Shown piece by piece: positions 9,869-17,390 of a DNA stretch of 32,000 nt (its first letter is position 1; each line of letters starts with the position of its first letter). Below the pieces are notes generated by a model that saw nothing but the letters and a program-made list of their open reading frames with translations, searched no databases and had not been told where the DNA came from. This DNA comes from an uncultured Gammaproteobacteria bacterium (lineage in GTDB: Bacteria > Patescibacteriota > Patescibacteriia > DYHP01), in contig CAZGDX010000003.1 of the NCBI GenBank assembly GCA_964525225.1, positions 1 to 32,000 on the forward strand. Direction: 5' to 3'. A program made the translations under genes and the position numbers.

Positions 9869-10060
9869 ATGATAAACAAAATTATAAATTACGTTAAAGA
9901 ATCCAAAGCCGAACTTCAAAAAGTGGTTTGGCCGAGCAAAAAAGAAACAATCAAGTACACCCTGCTCGTAATTGGCGTCAGTTTGGGCGTTGCCGCTTTT
10001 TTTGGCATAATTGACTTCGCTTTTTCTTTTGGATTTGAAAAGTTTTTAGAACTTAAATAA
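9869..10060 (+). CDS. secE: preprotein translocase subunit SecE
   Basis: 63 aa with ELQKVVWPSKKET followed by a single TM helix, in the canonical position upstream of nusG. Confidence 0.85.
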   Translation: MINKIINYVKESKAELQKVVWPSKKETIKYTLLVIGVSLGVAAFFGIIDFAFSFGFEKFLELK

Positions 10061-10130
10061 AACTACTATAAATTTAATACGGATATACAAATTGCAAATT
10101 TGTGTGTTTCGTTAATAATTAGGAGGCAAT

Positions 10131-10673
10131 ATGGCAAAACAAATAGCAAGGGGCCGCAGATGGTATGCGATCCACACCTATTCCGGATATGAAGAAAATG
10201 TTGTCACAAATCTGAAACAAAGAGTGGAATCAATGGATATGGGCGACAAAATCTTCAACATAATGGTCCCAACTGAAAAAAAATTCAAAATAAAAAACGG
10301 GAAAAGAAAAATTGTGGAAGAAAAAATCTTCCCCGGCTATGTTTTGGTTGAAATGATTGTCACCGACGATTCTTGGTATGTTGTCAGAAACACTCCGAGC
10401 GTTACCGGATTTATCGGCGCCGGCACAGTGCCGACTCCGCTCTCTGAAGAAGAAATAAAATCATTGCAAAAAAGAATGGGAATGGAAGAACCGCAATTCA
10501 AGATTGATTTGATTGTCGGAGATACGGTAAAAATCGCCGATGGCCCGTTTAAGGATTTTGAAGGAAAAATTTCCGAAATTGACAATGAACGTGGAAAACT
10601 GAAAGTTATGGTTACGGTCTTCGGTCGTGAAACACCCGTGGAACTTGATTTCCTCCAAGTTAAAAAAATATAA
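10131..10673 (+). CDS. nusG: transcription termination/antitermination factor NusG
   Basis: NGN domain (WYAIHTYSGYEENV, FPGYVLVEM) and KOW motif (GDTVKIADGPFKDFEGKI). AGGAGG Shine-Dalgarno upstream. Confidence 0.95.
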   Translation: MAKQIARGRRWYAIHTYSGYEENVVTNLKQRVESMDMGDKIFNIMVPTEKKFKIKNGKRKIVEEKIFPGYVLVEMIVTDDSWYVVRNTPSVTGFIGAGTVPTPLSEEEIKSLQKRMGMEEPQFKIDLIVGDTVKIADGPFKDFEGKISEIDNERGKLKVMVTVFGRETPVELDFLQVKKI

Positions 10674-10676
10674 AAC

Positions 10677-10715
10677 ATCTGATTTATGCCCCAAGGCAGC
10701 TTCTATAAATCAGAT
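10677..10715 (+). promoter_or_regulatory. stem-loop in the rplK leader (candidate r-protein autoregulatory site)
   Basis: Perfect 11-bp inverted repeat atctgatttat/ataaatcagat enclosing gcc-ccaa-ggc, ending 9 nt before the rplK ATG. Confidence 0.3.
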
Positions 10716-10724
10716 TATTAAATT

Positions 10725-11147
10725 ATGGCAAAGAAAATTAAAACACAAATTAAATTGCAGATTCCCGCGGGAAAAGCAAATCCGGCGCCGCCGGTTGGTC
10801 CGGCGCTCGGCCAGCATGGTCTTAATATCGCCGAATTCTGCGCGCAATTCAATGACCGCACAAAAGAAATGTTCGGCAATGTTATTCCTGTTATTATTAC
10901 TGTTTACGAAGACAGGACTTATTCGTTTATTCTAAAAACTCCTCCGGCATCCGAACTTATTAAGAAGGCCGCCGGCATAGAAAAAGGGTCGGGAAAACCG
11001 CTCCAGCAAAAAGTCGGAAAAATCACCCGCGAACAACTTAAAGAAATCGCGATGAAAAAAATGCCCGATTTAAACACGACAGATTTGGAAGCGGCAATGA
11101 AAACCATTGAAGGAACCGCCAGACAAATGGGCGTGGAGATAAAATAA
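10725..11147 (+). CDS. rplK: 50S ribosomal protein L11
   Basis: [27 protein letters not shown] signature at the N-terminus. Confidence 0.97.
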   Translation: MAKKIKTQIKLQIPAGKANPAPPVGPALGQHGLNIAEFCAQFNDRTKEMFGNVIPVIITVYEDRTYSFILKTPPASELIKKAAGIEKGSGKPLQQKVGKITREQLKEIAMKKMPDLNTTDLEAAMKTIEGTARQMGVEIK

Positions 11148-11264
11148 GATAAAAGGTACAAAACTTCCACTAATTTCTGCCACTAATCCGCACTAATAAA
11201 AAAATTTCAAATTCGTGCGTATTCGTGATAAAAATTAGTGGGGGTCTAGTACATATCTAACTAT

Positions 11265-11915
11265 ATGATTCAATTTGATAAGAAAAAAACTTACTCACCG
11301 GAAGAAGCGGTAAAACTGGCAAAAGAAATGTCAAAAGAAAAGTTTGACGCGACTATTGAAGTCCACATTAATTTGGGCATTGACCCGAAGAAATCAGACC
11401 AGCTGGTCCGCGGAACAATCAAACTTCCGCATTCTGTGGGAAAATCAAAAAAGATTATCGCCTTTGTCGGACAGACAAAAGAGCAGGAAGCAAAAGACGC
11501 GGGCGCTGAAATCGTCGGTGGCGAAGAATTGATTGCCGAAATTGCCAAAACCGAAAAAATGAATTTTGAAGTCGCGGTGGCAACGCCTGATATGATGCCC
11601 AAACTCGCGAAAATCGCCAAAATCCTCGGTCCAAAAGGTCTGATGCCAAACCCGAAAACAGATACTGTCGGACTTGATATCAAAAAAATTATTGAAGATG
11701 TTAAAGGGGGAAAACTCGCTTTCAAAAACGACGATACCGCGAACATCCACCAGATTATCGGAAAGGTCTCATTAGATACTGAAAAATTGATTGAAAACTT
11801 AAATGCTTTTCTTGCCGCCATTAAAAAAGCAAAACCCGCCTCTTCAAAAGGAACCTACATCAAAAAAGTTGTAATTTGCACGGTTATGGGAAAAGCGATT
11901 CAAGTCGCGGCGTAA
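11265..11915 (+). CDS. rplA: 50S ribosomal protein L1
   Basis: FDATIEVHINLGIDPKKSDQLVRGTIKLPH and LGPKGLMPNPKTDTV blocks. An in-frame stop at 11247-11249 excludes a longer N-terminus. Confidence 0.93.
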   Translation: MIQFDKKKTYSPEEAVKLAKEMSKEKFDATIEVHINLGIDPKKSDQLVRGTIKLPHSVGKSKKIIAFVGQTKEQEAKDAGAEIVGGEELIAEIAKTEKMNFEVAVATPDMMPKLAKIAKILGPKGLMPNPKTDTVGLDIKKIIEDVKGGKLAFKNDDTANIHQIIGKVSLDTEKLIENLNAFLAAIKKAKPASSKGTYIKKVVICTVMGKAIQVAA

Positions 11916-11979
11916 AATAGACAAAACTATAAAAAAATAATAAGATAGACAGAGAATTAATCTTTGCCTATTTTATTTT

Positions 11980-12510
11980 ATGGAAAATCAAAACATCCGC
12001 CCGGGGTGGGACGATTATTTTATGACAATTGCCAAGATTGTCGGCACGCGGAGCACTTGCGACCGCTTGCGCGCCGGCGCGGTCTTAGTTAAAAACAACC
12101 GCATCATTTCCACCGGATACAACGGCGCTCCGCCGGGACTTCCTCATTGCGATGGTGAAGCCGGGCATCTGATGGAAGACGGACACTGCGTCCGCACGAT
12201 TCATGGCGAGCATAACGCCATTCTCCAAGCCGCGTTAATCCCCGGAGCCACAACCGACGGCGCGACAATGTATACCAAATACTCGCCATGCATACATTGT
12301 TCAAAATATATTGTCGCTGCCGGAATTAAGCGCGTGGTAATTGGAAAAGTTTTCAGAAATGCCGGCGCGTTGGAGTACTTAATTTCTGCCGGAATAAAAG
12401 TTGATATCTACCGAGAAAACCCCGCGTGGAATTCTTTTGCTTCGCAAATTTTATACGAAGATGTGGAAGAAAAAATCTCCCCCCAAGGAGATATAAAATT
12501 GCAATTATGA
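11980..12510 (+). CDS. deoxycytidylate (dCMP) deaminase, ComEB-type
   Basis: Zinc motifs HGEHNAI and PCIHCSKYI are present, along with the N-terminal WDDYFM..A..VGTRSTC block typical of dCMP deaminases. Confidence 0.9.
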   Translation: MENQNIRPGWDDYFMTIAKIVGTRSTCDRLRAGAVLVKNNRIISTGYNGAPPGLPHCDGEAGHLMEDGHCVRTIHGEHNAILQAALIPGATTDGATMYTKYSPCIHCSKYIVAAGIKRVVIGKVFRNAGALEYLISAGIKVDIYRENPAWNSFASQILYEDVEEKISPQGDIKLQL

Positions 12511-13547
12511 TTATAGGGCTTACCGGAACATTTGCCGCCGGAAAAGACGTTGCGGCCGAATACCTGAAACAAAAAGGTTTTTTTTACACTTCCCTTTCGG
12601 ATTTGGTGCGTGAAGAATGCGTTCGTCAAAACCGTCCGATAGACCGCGATACCTGCAGAATACTCGCCAACGAGATGCGCGAAAAATTCGGCCCAAATTA
12701 TTTTGCAAAACTAGCCATACAAAAAATAAATGACTCGCGTGCGAAAAACGCGCTGGTGGTTAGTATTAGAAATATCGGCGAAGTCGCGGAACTTAAACAA
12801 AATCCTGATTTTAAACTTGTGGCAGTGGATGCGCCAATAGAATTAAGATATCAACGCGCAATTGCCAGAAAAAGTGAAAAAGACCAGATAACTTTTGATA
12901 AATTCAAAGCGCAGGAAGAAGAAGAAATGGCAAGTGCCAAAGAAAACGAAATGCAAATTGGGACTATTTTAAAAATGGCGGATTTTACGATAATAAACGA
13001 CGGAACTTTGGAAGAGTTATATAAAAAAATAGACGCATGGATTCCCGCCTTCGCGAGAATGACAACTGAAGAAATAAAAATAAAAATAAAACGCGTAGAC
13101 TCAACTCTCCCAATGCCGAAATATGAAACTCGCGGTTCTGTGGCGTTTGATTTGTACTCACGGATTGACGAGGTGATAAATCCGAGAGAACTGAAACTGA
13201 TTCCGGCGAATTTTATAATCTCCGCTCCGCCGCAAGGTTATTTTTTAATGCTTGCCTCGCGTAGCAGTTTGCCGTTAAAAAAAGGACTAATGGTGGCAAA
13301 CGGAGTCGGAATTTTTGACCACGATTATTGCGGTCCGGAAGATGAATACAGAATCCAAATTTATAATTTCAGCGACAAGCCGGCAGAAATAAAACGCGGA
13401 GACCGCCTCGCGCAACTGATGCTTATTAAGTTTGAAAAAGCTGAAATTGAAGAAATCAACGAAATAACGAATTCAAGCAGAGGTGGATTCGGCTCCACCG
13501 GCGGATACCAACAAATGCAGAATTCAGAACGCAGAATGCAGAATTAA
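12507..13547 (+). CDS. dut: bifunctional P-loop NMP-kinase-like (CoaE/UPF0200-like) / dUTPase fusion protein
   Basis: Preferred start is the ATGA overlap with the dCMP deaminase stop (MIIGLTGTFAAGKD P-loop). The C-terminal half has all five trimeric dUTPase motifs (SVAFDL, ASRSS, GIFDHDYCG, GDRLAQL, RGGFGSTG). The two halves are joined by the palindromic repeat at 13038-13063 (WIPAFARMT). Confidence 0.85.
   Translation: MIIGLTGTFAAGKDVAAEYLKQKGFFYTSLSDLVREECVRQNRPIDRDTCRILANEMREKFGPNYFAKLAIQKINDSRAKNALVVSIRNIGEVAELKQNPDFKLVAVDAPIELRYQRAIARKSEKDQITFDKFKAQEEEEMASAKENEMQIGTILKMADFTIINDGTLEELYKKIDAWIPAFARMTTEEIKIKIKRVDSTLPMPKYETRGSVAFDLYSRIDEVINPRELKLIPANFIISAPPQGYFLMLASRSSLPLKKGLMVANGVGIFDHDYCGPEDEYRIQIYNFSDKPAEIKRGDRLAQLMLIKFEKAEIEEINEITNSSRGGFGSTGGYQQMQNSERRMQN
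13038..13063. repeat. palindromic repeat family 1, copy 2 (one G>A change), forming the kinase-dUTPase linker
   Basis: tggattcccgccttcgcgagaatgac read as WIPAFARMT, lying exactly between the two domains. Confidence 0.9.
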
Positions 13548-13575
13548 AATAATCAAAAATAACTTTTTTAATACT

Positions 13576-13627
13576 AAAATTGTGTCGCACTTTTGGTACG
13601 GCCGTACCAAAAGTGCGACACAATTTT
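13576..13627. terminator. perfect 52-nt palindrome (26-bp arms), likely bidirectional terminator
   Basis: aaaattgtgtcgcacttttggtacgg|ccgtaccaaaagtgcgacacaatttt. T-tract on both strands. It lies between the convergent dut-fusion and HD genes. Confidence 0.75.
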
Positions 13628-13690
13628 TTCAAAAAATTTTATATTATTTGTTCACGGTCGTGAAAGATAGTATAATTTTTTCTAAACAAA

Positions 13691-13719
13691 AAACTTCCGG
13701 CCGAAGGGGTCGGAAGTTT
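13691..13719 (-). terminator. rho-independent terminator after the HD-domain gene
   Basis: cttccggcc-gaagg-ggtcggaag, followed by T6 on the minus strand. Confidence 0.6.
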
Positions 13720-13724
13720 AAATT

Positions 13725-14957
13725 TTATAATCTTGATTTACCGTCAATGATGGATTTAATCTCGTACAACAACGGCTGATGGGAAGAAAAAGCGTCAAAA
13801 CATTCAAATCCCTCGCTACTTTCCACAAAAACCGGATAACACCTTTTCAAAACATCCAAAAACTGCTCTTTTCCGCGTTTGTATTCCGCAAGCGCAAACA
13901 ACAAATAACTGTAATTCTTAATCGCACTAAAGAATCTCCCCTCCAAAGTTCCGGAATCGCTTTTGATGCGAAAAATCCGCTCCATCAACGCGCTCGCGGG
14001 TTTGGGCAATTCTTTGATTGCCGCGGAAAAATTCTCCGTCTCAATTTCACGGGATTTATCCATGGGAAAATTTGGATGCGCCTTAAGTTTAAAAGGCAAA
14101 ACTCCAATTTTACTTTTGGCGATATTGGAAATAACCGAACACGCAAGCACGTCAAAGCCATTTAACTGCGTTTTTTTGCGCTTCCCTTTTCGCATATTCA
14201 CTTCAAGTGGAACCATAATCGCCGAGAGAAGCGCGGTTTTCATGGTGCGTTCAAGAACAGTTTCCGTAACCATCATGCCCGGCCATGCCATAGTGGTTTC
14301 CCACGAATCAATAATTTTCCGAAGCAGATATTCCAAATTCCAACCGTATAATTCGCCGCCAATCTCGGCAAACTGGACAAAATGCCCATAAAGCGCTTCG
14401 GCTGATTTAAACTCTTTCATCAGCTCCGAAAGACGCGGATGTTTGTCACGGAGCACGTGCAGAAACTCTGCGGTATTTTCTGCGGATTTCCGTGTGGCAA
14501 GCTCCGCCAACGCGAAAGAAGCATAACCGATAAGTTCCACCATTTCAAAAAATCTGCCTTCAATCAAATCTCTCTTGCCCTGAATATGATTGGTGGCCTT
14601 CAAAAAATCTGCCGACTGAAGCGGAAGTTCGGAAATATAACGGTCAAACTCCTCTCCTTCAATTTCGTCAATTACACCGGCCAGACGCGAATCTTTTTTA
14701 ATTGGAATAATAACATCGCCACCCAAACATGCCTCGGAAATGTCGTGAATAAGCGCAAGAGTCAAAATCGGCAATTCCAAATTCTTAGTTTTTCCTGACA
14801 ATTCACGTTCAACCGCAAGAAGCGTAAACGCTTGCATTACTGTTTTCCACGAATGCATTAAATCATTTTCAAACTTGGCGTCAGGCCTCCCTTGCCACCG
14901 GCGAATTCCCTTCCATGGTTCAATGATTCCATCCAAAAAGTTTTGAAGCGTGTCCAT
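13725..14957 (-). CDS. tandem HD-domain protein: YfbR-like 5'-deoxynucleotidase module plus a degenerate second copy
   Basis: Start chosen at MDTLQNF (AAGGAAG Shine-Dalgarno) rather than the ORF-track start at 15056. The N half has H..HD..D residues in YfbR-like context (LMHSWKTV, LALIHDISEACLGGDV). The C half aligns with it (IIDSWETT, LACSVISNIAKSKIG, LEGRFFSAIKNYSYLLFALAEY) but has lost the metal ligands. Confidence 0.7.
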   Translation of the reverse strand: MDTLQNFLDGIIEPWKGIRRWQGRPDAKFENDLMHSWKTVMQAFTLLAVERELSGKTKNLELPILTLALIHDISEACLGGDVIIPIKKDSRLAGVIDEIEGEEFDRYISELPLQSADFLKATNHIQGKRDLIEGRFFEMVELIGYASFALAELATRKSAENTAEFLHVLRDKHPRLSELMKEFKSAEALYGHFVQFAEIGGELYGWNLEYLLRKIIDSWETTMAWPGMMVTETVLERTMKTALLSAIMVPLEVNMRKGKRKKTQLNGFDVLACSVISNIAKSKIGVLPFKLKAHPNFPMDKSREIETENFSAAIKELPKPASALMERIFRIKSDSGTLEGRFFSAIKNYSYLLFALAEYKRGKEQFLDVLKRCYPVFVESSEGFECFDAFSSHQPLLYEIKSIIDGKSRL

Positions 14958-15121
14958 CTTATCTTCCTTTCTTGTTTTTAAAGGCCTTTCTACTCTAAAC
15001 ATCTCACAAAAATCCGAATTTGTCAACCCCATGCTCATAATGTTAAGATATATCAAAGCTCTTTATTAAAAATAAGGCGGCCTGCTTTCGTTAAAACTTC
15101 GGCGGGCAAGGAGAAAAAAAT

Positions 15122-15826
15122 ATGTTCATAGTCATAGGCGGCATTGATGGCTGCGGAAAAGGAACAATCATTAACACTTGGGCGGAAATTCTCGCCTCGC
15201 AAGGCAAGAAAATTTTTGATTTGCGCGCCTACACCAAGCAACATGGCCGTTTTCCGGAATATGCGGATATTAAAAATTTTGACGTAATTCTTTCAAACGA
15301 AATGACTTACGCATGGGTCGGGGCCGCGCTTCGCGAAGAGATTATCCGCGACAACGGACGCGACTATTCCGCGCTTTCAGTGGCGCAAGCTTATGCCCTG
15401 GACCGCGAAGTTCTCTACCGCCGGCTTCTTGTTCCGGCAATGAAAGACGGAAAAATAATCCTGCAGGAACGCACGTTTGAAACATCCATTGTTTACCAGC
15501 CGCTTCAGGACAGCTCCATTACCGCGGAAGAAATTATGGCGATTCCCGGCAATAAGTTTGCCCTTGAAAACCGGCCGGATATTATTGTGATTCCCAAACT
15601 TTCCGCTGAAACGGCAATTAAACGGCTTGCGGCGCGCACTGAAAAACAGGACGATTCTATCTTTGAACGGCTTGATTTTCTGACGAGGGCAGCCGAAAGG
15701 TATTATTCTCCGTGGTTTAGAAATTTTTTTGAAAAGCATGGAACAAAAGTTATTTTTTTAAGCGCCGAAGGAACCCTGGAAGAAACCCGCGAAGCAGCAA
15801 GAAAAATTCTTGAAGAAATCGGATAA
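15122..15826 (+). CDS. thymidylate kinase-like P-loop kinase (divergent)
   Basis: FIVIGGIDGCGKGT P-loop and overall Tmk layout (ALDREVLYRRLLVPAMKDGKIILQERTFETSIVYQ). The usual DR(Y/H) motif reads ERT and the TREPGGT block is not conserved. AAGGAG Shine-Dalgarno upstream. Confidence 0.65.
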   Translation: MFIVIGGIDGCGKGTIINTWAEILASQGKKIFDLRAYTKQHGRFPEYADIKNFDVILSNEMTYAWVGAALREEIIRDNGRDYSALSVAQAYALDREVLYRRLLVPAMKDGKIILQERTFETSIVYQPLQDSSITAEEIMAIPGNKFALENRPDIIVIPKLSAETAIKRLAARTEKQDDSIFERLDFLTRAAERYYSPWFRNFFEKHGTKVIFLSAEGTLEETREAARKILEEIG

Positions 15827-15834
15827 AACCGTAG

Positions 15835-15857
15835 GGGACGCAAATCTGCGTCCCCTA
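15835..15857. repeat. palindromic repeat family 2, copy 1 (GGGACGCAAATCTGCGTCCCCTA), intergenic after the Tmk-like gene
   Basis: 11-bp stem (taggggacgca/tgcgtccccta) starting 6 nt after the stop codon. It differs at 1 of 23 nt from the copy in miaA. Confidence 0.85.
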
Positions 15858-15921
15858 TAATATTTTTAACTCAATTAACTTAGAAAAAGGACTCCTCACG
15901 CCCTCCAATTACGTAACAAAA

Positions 15922-15942
15922 AGACCCGCTAAAAACGGGTCT
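15922..15942 (-). terminator. rho-independent terminator after the lipoprotein gene
   Basis: agacccg-ctaaaaa-cgggtct followed by T5 on the minus strand. Confidence 0.6.
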
Positions 15943-15952
15943 ATTTCTAATA

Positions 15953-16501
15953 CTAATCCGGCGGATTAAAGGGGTACTCGCCGAAATAAACCTTGAATGG
16001 CTGCGCGCTTTCGCGTTCTACCATCTGCTTCATTCCCAAAGCAATAAATCTAGTGTTCCATCTTTGCCACCGGTCTTCCGCCTTTACGCAAATCTTATCA
16101 CATCTCGGCTGTCCGCAATCGTAGTCGCCACTTTCGTGTCTGATTAAACCGACGCGTCCGTTTTTTCCAATATAATATGACAACCCGTCCCACTCGCGTC
16201 CACCTCGATCACTCATCGAAAAAACCAATCTGCCTTGATAGCGAATCGCGTCGCGGTGTTCCGGCAAAAAATATTCGTATCTTACCGAACGGTTATAATC
16301 AAAATCGTACGCGCGTCCGTAAAAAACCATAACCGCGTCACCCAATCTCCTCGCAAAGATGCTTTCGCTTGGTTCGGTATTGACAGGGACATTATTAACC
16401 GCATCGTCGTTCTGCGCCACGGATTCATTATGCGCGTTTTCGCAACTTACGATAAAAACAAGAAGCAAAGCTGCCAAACACGCTGCAAAAACTTTTCTCA
16501 T
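15953..16501 (-). CDS. hypothetical lipoprotein
   Basis: Signal peptide with lipobox (LLLVFIVSC). Arg/Asp/Tyr-rich mature part, and visibly more GC-rich than its neighbours. It has its own terminator at 15922-15942. Confidence 0.65.
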   Translation of the reverse strand: MRKVFAACLAALLLVFIVSCENAHNESVAQNDDAVNNVPVNTEPSESIFARRLGDAVMVFYGRAYDFDYNRSVRYEYFLPEHRDAIRYQGRLVFSMSDRGGREWDGLSYYIGKNGRVGLIRHESGDYDCGQPRCDKICVKAEDRWQRWNTRFIALGMKQMVERESAQPFKVYFGEYPFNPPD

Positions 16502-16583
16502 TTTTTCTCCCCTTCTCTGTTTTTTCTTTTTTTACCGATTAACCGCCAATTTAAAAGAGCATTCTTGCATCTTATTATTTCTA

Positions 16584-16612
16584 TTGATTTTTGTCAACAA
16601 GACAGCTATAAT
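16584..16612 (+). promoter_or_regulatory. predicted promoter of the membrane protein-gatB unit
   Basis: TTGATT, 17 nt, TATAAT, 28 nt upstream of the ATG. Confidence 0.6.
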
Positions 16613-16639
16613 ATAAATAATTAAATAAACCCAAATTTT

Positions 16640-17386
16640 ATGCCTACGGTCTTAGAAATAATCCAACAAAGCTGGATAATTTACGAAGAAAACTTTAAAA
16701 AACTCCTTAAAATCATTCTTTGGGGATTTTTGGCATCATCACTTACCACAGGATTGATTTTTATTATCGGGCTATTTTTTACAGGTAATGAATGGGCTAA
16801 ATTCATTTTGGAATTTTTAGCCGGAGCGCCTCAAATTTTGGTGGCGATTTGGATGACAGTATCGCTCATAGACGCCGCAAACGACCTCTTGCTTAAAAAA
16901 AGATTGGATGTTAAAAAATCAATGCGAACGGGATTTAAACTGTATATACCGACGGTAATCGTCAGTTCGGTTGTAGCTTTTATCCAGGCAATCGGCTTTA
17001 TGCTTTTTATAATTCCCGGATTCATTTTCAGCGTTTGGTTCGCATTTGCCGTTTACGAAACGGTTATAGAAAGAAAAAAACTGACCGAATCAATGAAAGA
17101 AAGCAAAAAATTATCCGCCGGAAGATGGTGGAACGTGGCATGGCTTTATTACGCGCCGGGAATCTTTTGGGGGCTGGCGGGGTGGCTTGCGACCGCAATC
17201 CTGTTTTTTTCAATCAAGCAAATTTACTTTTTGACAAAAGTATCCTTAGACCCATTTTATGAAAAAATTATGGCGCTATTCATAACAATCTGTCAGAATG
17301 CTTTTTATGTATTCTTCGTTCCGCCAATAATTTTATCAGTGGCGATATTATACAAAAATCTTAAAAAGGAGGGCGCGATAAAATAA
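16640..17386 (+). CDS. hypothetical polytopic membrane protein
   Basis: 248 aa with about 5-6 hydrophobic helices, preceded by a TTGATT-17-TATAAT promoter. No family recognised with confidence. Confidence 0.7.
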   Translation: MPTVLEIIQQSWIIYEENFKKLLKIILWGFLASSLTTGLIFIIGLFFTGNEWAKFILEFLAGAPQILVAIWMTVSLIDAANDLLLKKRLDVKKSMRTGFKLYIPTVIVSSVVAFIQAIGFMLFIIPGFIFSVWFAFAVYETVIERKKLTESMKESKKLSAGRWWNVAWLYYAPGIFWGLAGWLATAILFFSIKQIYFLTKVSLDPFYEKIMALFITICQNAFYVFFVPPIILSVAILYKNLKKEGAIK

Positions 17387-17390
17387 ACAT

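Noticed and set aside
12426-12506. N-terminal extension of the kinase-dUTPase ORF (track start 12426).
   Set aside because: The extension overlaps the 3' end of the dCMP deaminase gene by 85 nt and encodes a non-conserved peptide. The ATG at 12507 overlaps the deaminase stop (ATGA) and places the P-loop GLTGTFAAGKD at the N-terminus, as expected for this kinase family.
14958-15056. Upstream extension of the HD-protein ORF (track start 15056). The same issue applies to the secreted protein (22515..22568).
   Set aside because: The internal ATGs at 14957 and 22514 are each preceded by a good Shine-Dalgarno and give sensible N-termini (the YfbR-like start and a signal peptide starting at M1). 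The extensions have no Shine-Dalgarno and run into promoter or intergenic sequence.
11980-15826. Interpreting the dCMP deaminase / kinase / dUTPase / HD cluster as an anti-phage dNTP-depletion defence system or a phage-derived DNA-modification module.
   Set aside because: The deaminase has the ordinary ComEB-type dCMP deaminase layout and the dUTPase has all canonical motifs. There are no phage structural or integration genes, and the cluster is embedded in core ribosomal and translation genes. Housekeeping salvage is the more economical reading. The cluster is kept only as a moderate-interest finding because of its odd architectures.
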